Origin: Takakia lepidozioides
Taxonomy: Eukaryota > Plantae > Bryophyta
Direction of reading: 5' to 3'
Assembly: GCA_030704615.1 (NCBI GenBank)
Contig: CM060732.1
Coordinates: forward strand, 72,974,001-73,038,000
DNA length: 64,000 nucleotides
A model generated the notes under the pieces. That model saw nothing but the letters and a program-made list of their open reading frames with translations. It did not search any database and was not told where the DNA came from. The number at the start of each line of letters is the position of its first letter. Position 1 is the first letter of the stretch. Positions 27,590 to 38,459 of the stretch are shown here, piece by piece. Both the position numbers and the translations under genes were made by a program.

Positions 27590-29308
27590 TTCGATACATG
27601 TGTATGTGTATGCGGTGTTGGGACAGGGGGGTGATGGTAATAATGTCTGGATTTTAGGGGGTTTTGACATCGGGTGACGTGTGTGTGAATAGCGAGTGCA
27701 AGGGGTTCAGAGTGGGTTCGGTAGGGTATTTTGGGATGGTGAGGGAAAAAGAGGTGTGGATGGAATGCATGGATTGGAATATTGGGGTTTGTAGAAGTGG
27801 AACTAGTGGACAAGAAGTGTACGGGGCGGATGGTCACGACTCTTCTTTAGCATAAAAAGAAGCCAAGGGCGAGGGACCAGCGCGTGCCAAGCTCCCAGGA
27901 GGTAGTGGCTCAAGGATCCTTGCGTTGATGGGCTGCTTGGGCGTACTTCAGTGGCATTCGCACCCGCATAGGACACCAGTTGGTGTTGGTATTGGTCGCA
28001 GACACCGTGGAAGGAGATTTGGTCATTGTAGATCGCTCCAAAAGCATCAAAATAAAGCTTAAAAAAAACACGGTGAGACTATAGTAGAGAGCATTGATAG
28101 AGCAAGGGAAGGAGCGAGGAGAAGTCCTCGCAACAGTAGAAAAGGCAGAAGTGGGGGCCATGGCTGCGGCCATGTCTAACTCTTGCGCACACTCGAAATC
28201 ATGGGCGACGCTCCAGTGATTAATATAGTCCTGGTATGAGATAGCTAGTATGCCTGTCTGCTGCGTTGCTCTTGAGGGGGGTAGAAACCGACGCTCCGGT
28301 GGGAAGCTCGAGTTGGAGTAGGAGACATCACAAAGCACACCGTGATAAGTGTAGGTTGGTGAAACTCGCATTAAAAGAACCATGGTATAGCTTAAAAGAA
28401 GCGCAGTGAAGGAAAGGTGCGAGGTGTAGCTAAAGCAGGAGGAGAGGCGACAGAACCACCTCGTGAGAACACCAAGTTCGGTATTAAAATCCATGGCGGC
28501 GGCCATGGCTAAAAGTAGAGAACTAGGTAAAGCAGCGGTACAGATAAACTAGAAGCTGAAAAAGACAAGGATATTGACAGTTTGACGGAACCCTGTAGAG
28601 ATAGTCATGGATGAGGGTATAGCTAAGAAGCAGCAAAGATTACTGAGGGAGGGCGGAGCGGCGCTCCGCCCCCACGACCACGCCGCACCGCTATCTATTC
28701 GGCCATGAAACCATACCACATAGGACAAAATAGTTTTGTGTTACTATTAAATTGCCCTTATATTTGTACTAACTGTGACATTTACATTGGTCTTTAGAAC
28801 CAGCTTGTGGAGGTGTTTATGGATGAACGTGAATGCTTATGAAATAGCGTAATACATGAGTTGCATAGACATATTTCTTGCAAATGACACCCACCCAACT
28901 TGGCAGACACATACAAACACCGGACATGACGGCTGAAGGGATTTATATATAGTTTCCAAGGCCCGCGAATTTTCGGTAGCCACGTCGTAATGACGGTGGC
29001 TCCCTCGTCCCATCTCCGCACCTCCAGAGGCTCCACACGCCTAGCTACACATGTGGGGCCCGCCCCCTCTATGTCCTCATCTAGCTCGCCAAAACTCGCT
29101 CGCCACTGCCCTAAACTTTGGCTTTCGCCTTTGCCTTTCCCTGCCCGGACCTTGCACGCCTTGTGCCCTTATTTCCCCATTATGCAATTTGGGCAATGAT
29201 AGGCACAACCTTCCGGAGGGTACTCTAACATTATTTGGATTAAGCAATTTTAAACTTGACATGAACAACCTTCTGCAAGGTATTCATCATTCATGACCTA
29301 ATGGTAGG

Positions 29309-29541
29309 GATTGCACATCGGCATAGCTCAGCTGGTAAGTGCACAATGTGTCGCCTTGGTGGTTTGGGGTTCAAACCCGCTGCCGTGCCCCGTGTGTGGG
29401 ATTGTTCTTGACGGTATGTCTGGGCGTTGATCGACCAATAGGCCTCATGGCCCATAAATGAAAGGGGGTTAATTTTCCCCCCTCCTCAAGGGCCTGAATT
29501 GTGGACAGTCGCTCCCAAGTTTCCTTTAAAAAATAAAATAA
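29309..29541 (+). mobile_element. tRNA-derived SINE
   Basis: A box TAGCTCAGCTGG, B box GGTTCAAACCC, A-rich tail, TSD AATGGTAGG (29300-29308 / 29542-29550). Confidence 0.85.
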
Positions 29542-30254
29542 AATGGTAGGAACAACCGTCCGTAAGGTATTACACATATTTGGTTGGAATTTTATGCAAG
29601 TTAAAAAATGACACACAACAATCTTCTGGAGGGTATACCGATATGTTTGCAATGAACAATTTTAAAATTGACTTAAACAACCTTCCTACAGGTATCCATT
29701 GCGCACGACCTATGTAAAAACAACCTTCCGTAAGGTATTAAACATATTTGTTTGGAATTTTATGCAAGTTAAAAAATGACACACAACAATCTTCCAGAGG
29801 GTAACCGGCATGAGCAATTTTAAAATTGACTTGAACAACCTTCCGGCAGGTATCCGTTGCGCATGACCTAATGGTAGAAACAACCTTCCGTAAGGTATTA
29901 CATATTTGTTTGGAATTTTATGCAAGTTAAAAAACAACGATCTTCTAGAGGTACACCAATATGTTTGGATTGAGCAATCTTAAAATTGACATGAACAACC
30001 TTCCGACAAGTATCCATTGCGCATGACCTAATGGCAGAAACAACCTTTTGTAAGGTAAACATAAATTTAGATTCTACTCAATTGAAAAATTGACAAGCAC
30101 AACCTTCCGAGGTATAATAACATTGAGGAATTTTCAAAACTAGGAACAGCCTTTCGGCAGATCGATCAAACAAAGACTCAATGATAAAAAACAACCTTAT
30201 GTAAGGTAAAACTATTTATTTGGATTATATGCAATCTGAAAATGAGCCTGGTTC

Positions 30255-30335
30255 CTATGAAAGAGATTATTTTTCTCCTCTCACTACAATGAAGGGGCAT
30301 GATTAAGTTGGCCGCTCTTTGGTGTTTCTGTTTTT
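30255..30335 (+). mobile_element. 5'-truncated 3' fragment of the same SINE family
   Basis: TGAAAGAG.TTATTTT.CTCCTCTCACTA...AAGGGGC matches the 3' part of the 48168-48400 copy. Confidence 0.5.
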
Positions 30336-32078
30336 AATATATTTTCTTAAAATATGAGAAATGTAATTTTTTGGGGACATACATATTTTTTGGGGAGATA
30401 GGGGTAGGGCAGGGAAAGGGAAAGGCGGGCGCATGAGTGTTTAGGGGAGTGGCGAGCCAGTTTTGGCTAGCTAAACCAAACCGCCGGCATGGAGTCACCG
30501 GCCCCAATGTGTGGCGAGGCATGTAGAGCCTTGGGAGGTGCGCGGATTGGGGACCACGGAGCTAGCGTCATTACTATGTGGCTACCGAAAATTTGCGGGC
30601 GTTTGGAAGTTGCTACAGTGATGCAAACTGAAGGTGAAAGCAATATGTGGAGGGCCACGATAGGTCAAAACAAACCAAAAAAGATGACGTATTTTTTGAA
30701 CATACATCAAATAGAGTCTACCCTCCTTTATTGTTACGCCTTGGGAGTAAGAAAAAAATAACAATAATAGAGTATAACATATTACCAATGAAATGACTAT
30801 ATGCAGGCCATCAAGGAGTTGAAGGATAATTCGGTCCCAACTATCACATAAGACAACTGTTATCATATTATAGATATAGACAACCAAAGCTTTCACGCTC
30901 ATATACTTCCGCATGAAATGGCTACTGTAGTGGGCATGGAGGTATTAAGCCCAATGTTTATCCATGTAACAATAAACCAGGGATGATTTCAAAAATACAA
31001 CATTTACATTATCACGTACTTTGCATTTTCAAGCTGGAAGGACTCTGAACTTTTTGAAATAGTGACACTTCTTCCTCTTCAATCTCACAGCAAAATCAAG
31101 ACCCGAAGCTCCTTTCAAGTTTAAAAGACAACTGCATTTCGAAAATTAGCCATCTTATTATAAAAGCAATTTTTACAAGTACAGTAGCAAAGACAATTGT
31201 GGTTCCTAAATTTCTCAAGAACGATGACTTTGTAAGATTCCATGTTGTCGAACCTCTACATACTGAGAGAAAAAAACGTAACTACAATGCATTATACAGA
31301 TAGACACCCATCCCTATATTAGTTCAAAAACTTAATGGTCACAGTGGTTCCACATTATTTATTTCTTAATGGAATGTCAATGGAAATATTTATGTTTTAA
31401 CCTCTTTAGGCGGCCTGCAACGTACTTACCTAACAAAGAGGTGGACATACCGTATATCAAGGTCACTTTACAAAGGAGGGAGTACCATTTTTGTAACGTT
31501 TAACATATAACATCCCTACTGCAGCATAGTGTAAAATTTTAGGGAGTAAAGAAAAGGTAACAATTACACCCCTTATAACACATAAAGAGGGCACATTTAG
31601 CCAGGGTCGACTGTAGAGCCACATTGACACCTGACACATTTCAATGACTCCAATTCATTAAAAACTTCTCATACTTGAAGTCACAGACCTGCATTGTACA
31701 CGAATGTGGATACAACAACAAAACAACTTTCATCCGGCAGGACGGTTCTCTCTAAACATGGATCTCTAGGTATGTCCTGCGCCAACTGCTGTGCATGCTT
31801 TATGGCCCCTCAGGGGTTTAATTTTTCCCCATTCAAATGAAGTTCAGGGCTTCATCCCTTTACCAAAAAAAAAAAAAAACCTGTCTAAAGTCACCACAAC
31901 ATGTAATCAAATTCTGGCCATTGTTGCCAGACCAAAATAACATCAATAATGGGCCCCTGGCATGGCCATCAACAAGGGTGGTCATTTAATGAACCATTTA
32001 ATCACTCTTTGAGTCCAACAATGTAGAGTAATTAAACATAATTATTGAGGAATATGTTAAGATTTGTGGTGTGACATA

Positions 32079-32290
32079 TTTATTTACTTATTTTCTATTT
32101 AAGGAAAACCTGAGATAGCTCACAATTCAGGCCCTTTTAACCCCCTTTCATATAAGCCATGAAGCATGCAGGGAGGCCATCCCCAGACCAACCGTGCATG
32201 GAACCAAACCACAGAGGACAAGGTAGCAGGATTTAAGCCCCAAACCACTTGGCTGATCCACAATGCGCACTATCCAACGGAGTTATTTGT
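32079..32290 (-). mobile_element. tRNA-derived SINE, diverged copy
   Basis: Minus strand reads TAACTCCGTTGG (A box), GGCTTAAATCC (B box), 3' AAGGGCCTGAATTGTGAGC...GTTTTCC and an A-rich tail. Confidence 0.7.
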
Positions 32291-33819
32291 GGTACAACCG
32301 TCCTTCAAGATCACACACTCCCTCGTTGCAATCTAGTGCTCCCCATCTTGCATCCACATGCTGGCAAGGAAATTGGGGCTTCCCCAGACTGTTTGAAAAC
32401 AACACATCCAATTGCACCAGCTTTTTAATGTGTGTGAGAGAGGTACAAGACGTAAACAGTTCGTGCTGACTAGAACAGCCATGCAACATGAAGGTTTTCA
32501 AGAACAGTGCAAGCATTGTTCTACATGAGAGATGGAGATACTTGCACAACAGACATGTCACAGGAAGATCGAGCATATCAATGGTCTTACCTTCTGTTCA
32601 CAACATTGTGCACTTGGCACATCCATTGAGCCAGTTCAAACCCTGACCCTGCCTTCACTGGATGTGATCTGTCCACAACAATTCCCAGAAGTACAAGATT
32701 TTAGTAGAATAGCCTGTACATGAACCATGTAATTGAGTAGGACTTTTCAGGTTCTGGAGACTCTGATTCGACCACGCCAACCACAGGGCCTACCCCATCA
32801 GCATTGCACGAAGAATGAAGCAGCAGAGACACACTCCCAAGCCAAGAAACCCCAATGACTTTTTACAATAGCAACATTATGTAAGGGCAGTGCAAATAGT
32901 ATCTTGGCAATACAAATGTGACATTAAGGGGGAGGTAATTACAACACGTGTGTGCTATTAAGTTCAAGTGCAACAATGGAATCTCCTCCCCCTTCTCGTT
33001 ACACCCGAAAGCCACCACTTTCCAAGAGACAAACGCAGAAGGAAGGGGTATAGACACGTATGACATGTGTGCGGAACTTACTTAAGAACATCCTTCAAAT
33101 GATCAGCACACTGTTTGCAGGGATAGAGTCTTGTAAGTATTGCCATCTGCCATCACATTCATGAGAACCCTTGAGAACTCAGGAGAAGCTGTGGTATACA
33201 ACAACAGGTTAACCTTGACAGTTTCTGAAGCCCTGCGGCTCCACATGTTACTTCAGAAAGCATGTAATTCAAAGATAAACATACACAGCACCATTATAGC
33301 TGACCCTAACCTGGACCATGTGAAAAAGGAAAGAGGCAGTGCAAGAGCACCAATTCTTTGACATCACGTTGCTGGTGCTTGGTGGGCTTGTCAGGAAACT
33401 GCAGTGGACCCACCCAGTTATCAGCTGCTGTCTACCAGCGCAAAACCCAACATGAATCCAAATGCCATTCATGACACAAGAATACAGGTTAGTAATCTTT
33501 CTAAGCTACAAGGCATACCTGGGCTGCAAGTGTGTGAAGGAAGATCCACGTGGCACGACCCAAATCCTCCTTTGATACTGCTCCCCCTGAATGCACCTGC
33601 CAAAGGCACCAATGCTTGCAACCTCTGCCAAAGGTAGACATGTGGTTTCCGACTCAAGGAACAATGAAGAATAAATGGATGGTTCAACCTTCCTTCACCA
33701 AACACATTTGCAGCTCCATGTGCTATGGTGGCAATCAAACAGTTTGCCAATTCTAGACAAAGCACATGAAAAGCAAATAACTAAACACCAGAGTAAGAGA
33801 GAATGTACTCATAAGACGT

Positions 33820-36800
33820 TGTTTGCTGTAGCCTTGTGGCCATTGACCCCGCGCCCAGTTTAAGCGGAACACAAAGGGACAGAACCTACCTTTGTCAGGG
33901 GCTGACGTCGGTAGTAGGACTTACCCTGGAATAAAAAATCGATCCGAGTTTTCCAAATATCCTCTAGAAATCCCTTCACACAAGCATCAATCTGCTGTGC
34001 GTGGTGTTTGCCCAATAACTAGGCCCCAAAAGGGCCTGGGCTTTTGGCTCAGCCTCGAGACTTTCAAAGTTGGTAGACAGAGGTACAGGCACAATTCCCT
34101 TGATAGATTTGGGGAGAGCGTCTCTCTGGTGAGAGAACCCCGGACAGTGAATAAGAAAATGAAAATTGTCTTCAGGTTGCCCACACAACGGGCAATGGCA
34201 CTCTCCCTTTCCTCTCTGCTTCTGTTTGCTGTTCAAAAGCAGGCTTCCCGCCCTGTGTTTGAATTTCAGTCTAGTGCCAAGAGTGGGTAGACCCTTGAGG
34301 TCATCCATGACCTCCTCCCCCATGTCACAGACTGGAAACAAGTTCCGGGAAGTTTTTGCCTAACTTCATTTTCATCAGACAATTTCCTGGCAACAGACAT
34401 GGCTTTGGACACTACAGCCTAAGTCAGATTTATCCAGCAGGGTCAAGACTTGCGGATTAAGACTCAGACCCTTGAGAATCTCTTCTACACTCTTCTGCCA
34501 GGACTTAGCCTGTTTGACAGGGCAATCCTGTTTCCAAGATATAGAGTCGATTAACGTAGGATATCTGATGTTGGACATATGTTGCAGCTGACCCCACCAT
34601 CTGACCTTGAATTCATCTTGTCAGGAGCTTAAGGAAGGGATACCAAACTCACACCGAACAGTCAGATTGGCTGCTTTGGAGCATGCTGACATGCACTCCT
34701 TAAGCACCCCCACTTGAATGGATTCTAGAGACATAGCCTGGTTGGAGTTATCAACCCATATTGCAGATGCATACTCCAAGGCAGGTCTAATAACGCGACA
34801 AAGCATGGTTTTCTTGACCTCAGAGTTGATCCCTCTGCAGTGGAAAAATCTAGTGAGACCCAGCGCTTTGCGCTTGCCAGCTTGAACAACTTTCTGAATA
34901 TGTGCATCCCAATTACAGTTGGAGGAAAACTCAACGCCCAGGTATGTGTAGGAAGGGAGGACCGGAATCTCTTGGCTACCCCACTGCCACTTGAGATCAC
35001 TTCCTCTCTCTCCTTGGTCGTTGAATGCCACCACTGCACATTTTACTGACGTTAGCCTCTAGCCCCCAAAGGTCAAAGTATCTCTTCGCGCAGTCAATCA
35101 ACTCCTGGAGGTCGGAAGGAGTCTCCCCTATGCCTGTGAAGTCATCCGCAAACATAAGGGCTGGTATGGTGGCATCACCCACCCTTAACCCAAATCCCTC
35201 ACTTTCCACATCCTCGAGGAGTTGATTGATGAAAGCATTGAAGAGCAGAGCGGAGAGGGTACATCCTTGAGCTACAGCTTGGTCTATGTCAAAGAAGTTA
35301 GACTTCTGTCCATTAACAGTGACACAACTTTTGGTGCGAGCATACAAGTTATGGACAACTCTCCACATCATTCCCTTGATCCCACATGACCAGAGTCGGA
35401 GCCATAGACTGTCTCTCCACACTGTGTGATAAGCCTTTTTGACATCCAAGAAAAAAACAAAAGTGGGTTTCCCTTCTTTTTTCCTTCACTGGATAATCTG
35501 GCTTAGAGTGAAGATATGATCCACACAGCCCCTGTTTCGCCGACAGCCAGCTTGGCCTTCGTGGAAACAACCTCTAGATTCCAGATCAACCTCGAGACGA
35601 GTACTTATAACTCTGCAAAATATCTTGCCAACAGCATTGAGAAGCGTGATGCCTCAATAGTTCCCCAGTTCTTCTCCGTCACCCTTCTTGTATAGATTAG
35701 TGGCCCCCTGTCGCCAGCGAAAGGGGATCATTTCAGTCCTCCAGATAAGGTTAAAGAGAAGAACTAGGGCATGGGATCGCCACCGTGCTTGATAAGCTTG
35801 TGAAATTTTGCCAAGGATACTGTAGTGGGTTTCAAAGGTTTTGACAATGTCACCCCTGCAACCTTAGTAGTCCTCAGGGCTTGTACTTGCTGACAGTTTT
35901 TCGGCTTGTACGAACGTTGAAGGGCCAACCAGAATCTCTTGTCATTACCACCATGGTGGTTTGAGTTTATTTCACTGTATAGCTTGTCCCAGTATAATTT
36001 CTTCTGAGACCTTACAAGCTGATTGATATCTCTGCGGATCTGGTAGTACCTAGCCCACAATTCTTTATTGGTTTTCGAATTGCAGCACTCTTTATAGAGC
36101 AGTCGTCTCTCAGCTATCTCAAGTTTAATCTCATTGGTCCACCAATTAACAGCTCTACCGCAGACAATTAGTTTCCTCCCAATGATCTTGACAGCCACAG
36201 AGGAGACGAAACTCTCCCAACAATCCACTGCTCTTTCGACTTCATTTCTTGCATTGCCAGAGCGAGACTGAAGGTCTTGGAGCGAGTGGACAAAATGAGG
36301 GAGAGCCTCTTGCAAGGCATGGACATACTCGGCCTTGACCTCTTCATTTTGGAATTTTTCTATGCGCCACTTCCGAATCGAACGTTTCCCAGATCTCTTG
36401 GTGTTGGGAAAATACCTTTTGATCTCAGTCCAAACCAGGAAGTGGTCAGAGGTACCCATATCAGTTCTGGCGATCAACACACTGGCACTCAGGGGAATAA
36501 ATTTTTGTCCAATATGATAAATCCAAAACGGAACGTTCCCCAGTTCGGGCTTTCTGCACTTGGCCTCTTTTGACCTATTATTCAAGGTCAAAAGCTGAAT
36601 TTCTTCCAGACAGTTTCTTAACCGTCTACCATTAGAATTCAGTTCGTCCTCGCCAAAAGGCCCAATGGTATCATCCTGATGGAGACCTTTCGGGCACTGA
36701 AGTCACCCAATAAGACCACCTGACCTTTGGCGAGGAACTTAGCACAGTCCAGCTTTACGTCTTCGAAGGCTTTGACTGCGTCAGCACTAAGGGTCCCCTC

Positions 36801-37850
36801 TGTGGGCATGTAAACACAACCCACTAAGAGGTCCTTCCTATTCACGCCGCCCCTCAGTTTCAGTTTTAGCGAAATACTGTGCTCAAACTGCAAAACCTTG
36901 TTGATAATTTCACAATTGTCACACAAGAAATCACGGACAAAGAATCCAACCCTTTTGGACCATGTTTGGCAGAGGCTGCCTTAAGAGCGCACACCTTACC
37001 TATCCATTCATAATCATTGGCATCTCCAACCAGTTTGTCCGGAGTTTCCCATGTCTCTTGCCCAGCACAGATATGAATGTCATTTGCCCGAAGAACTTGT
37101 CCCACTTCGAGTTGTTTCCTTTGGTTAGTCCCGAGAAATTGAAAGTGCAGCCGCAAGCCAGCCCTTTGCATGTGAATTGTTTGTCGTCTACGTAGCCTAT
37201 GGCTGCTCCCGGACGGCCAACAGTTCTGCAAAGGGGGGACAATTACTAGATTTTGCTCGTCTTGTGTAAACTTTAGGGATTGGTAAGCCATTCAGAGTAC
37301 CAAATCCTTCAGTTACACGGCGCTCAGCCTTCCGCACACTTAGGGACTGTTTGTCTGTCTGACTGCTTGGAATCAACCTCATCCACAGCATCAAACCGGT
37401 TAGAAACTTTCAAGTTGAAGTCCCTGCCCTTGGTTGTCTTCCTAGAGCGCCTCATTGAATCACCAATGTCTAAGACCGCTCTCCAGCCAGTCAAGGGCCG
37501 AACTTCTTTGAGATTGAATTGACGTGACACTCTATTAGTCGCATTTTTGGGCATTGCAACCTTCAAAGTACCTCTGTTATCAAGTCTCGAGATGGAACCA
37601 TTAGCCATAAAATCCAAGCCTAAGCTGGAGCATGTAATTTTAAAGGACACATCGTCCATCCTGGAATTCACCCCAAAAACTACACATGAAGCCATAGATT
37701 TGGCATAACTAACCAATTCGCAGGAATCACCCTGGGGAGTGTTGTTATTGATAAGAGGTAATGTATTGGTAGAATTCGCAGAAAAAGAAAGAAAGAGAGA
37801 GACAGAGAGGTGATCCATAGCATTTGCTTGGCACACCTATGGCATGACCT
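33820..37850 (-). mobile_element. Decayed RTE-group/RTEX-like LINE (ORF1 remnant, APE, RT, C-terminal zinc knuckle)
   Basis: APE: CAGQETWE, VGCVYMP, VLLGDF, SDHFLVW. RT: LYKKGD, FLDVKKAY, QGCTLS, MFADD, YTYLGV. C-terminal CPLCGQPEDNFHFLIHCP. Multiple frameshifts and an internal deletion near 35800. Confidence 0.85.
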
Positions 37851-38365
37851 AAAAGCAGTTCACAAGAAAGCATCTACCTGAGTCGAAAGCTGCAGCAATA
37901 CGTCAGTGTTGTAGGCCGGACCACCTTGCCCGACCACCAGTTCGCTGCCTTTCCATGCGTTTGGTCGGGTCTGAATCCCAATTAAGGGCTCCTCCTTTGT
38001 GTCTCCCACAGGGCCTTGCAGCTTTTCTGAAGCTTTCGAGAACCTGTCATCTCTAGGGGAAACGATTCCAGCGAAAGGCAATTGCAGTCCTTGCAAAAAT
38101 TTGAGAAAATCTGGCCTTTTCCCATTGGCTTTGCATGGCGCTCGCAGGATATGTACAAAGTTGTCAATGTGCAGGTTGGAACCAAGCCAGTCCACCACCC
38201 CAATGGACCACCCCTTGTCCGAACCCTCCCTACCCCCACCTCCCATGGCCACAAGAGCGTTACTGCAACATCCCCCACACCTGCACGCCCTACGTCCAAG
38301 TAGCTAGCCTAGGCTGTTGACTCTGCACCTGTGACGACCATGACTTGAGGAGGAATATAAATTAT

Positions 38366-38446
38366 AATCAGTAGACCTAGGGTTCGTTATGTCTATGAAA
38401 ATCAAATGGGGACAGTAAATGAAACCTTCCGTTAATGAACCATATT
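38366..38446 (+). repeat. Left part of repeat X, separated from its continuation at 43287 by a 4.8-kb insertion
   Basis: ATCAGTAGACCTAGGGTTCGTTATGTC...AATGAACCATATT matches 8432-8511. Confidence 0.85.
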
Positions 38447-38459
38447 TACTCCTCCCAGT

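Larger units (their letters stand above)
24243..28700 (-). mobile_element. 5' part of an APE-type non-LTR retrotransposon (tentatively Dualen/RandI-like) with 2A-like motifs; RT missing
   Basis: APE motifs LNILTWNVGS (~26515), ILLQETK, IHLYMP, ILAGDFN, LLDGFY, SDHYPV; downstream tether-like PKKAHKAIF. Many frameshifts, and it is truncated against the MULE remnant. Confidence 0.75.
28953..30620. mobile_element. Non-autonomous foldback element with ~200-bp imperfect TIRs and an internal array of palindromic motifs
   Basis: 28953-~29170 is the reverse complement of ~30400-30608. The right end reads ...CTACAGTG (CACTG-type terminus). About 15 AACCTTCC(G)TAAGGT-like motifs lie inside. Confidence 0.7.

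Noticed and set aside
29320-29385. tRNA genes here and at 48170-48232
   Set aside because: A/B boxes are present but there is no complete cloverleaf; they are followed by a SINE body, A-tail and (at 29309) a TSD.
29200-30210. CRISPR-like spacing of short palindromic repeats
   Set aside because: The 'spacers' themselves repeat periodically, the repeats are degenerate, there are no cas genes and the context is eukaryotic.
31560-33780. Possible Cys-rich/KDZ-type transposase remnant
   Set aside because: The DNA looks coding-like but no diagnostic motif could be assembled by eye; needs a frameshift-aware search.
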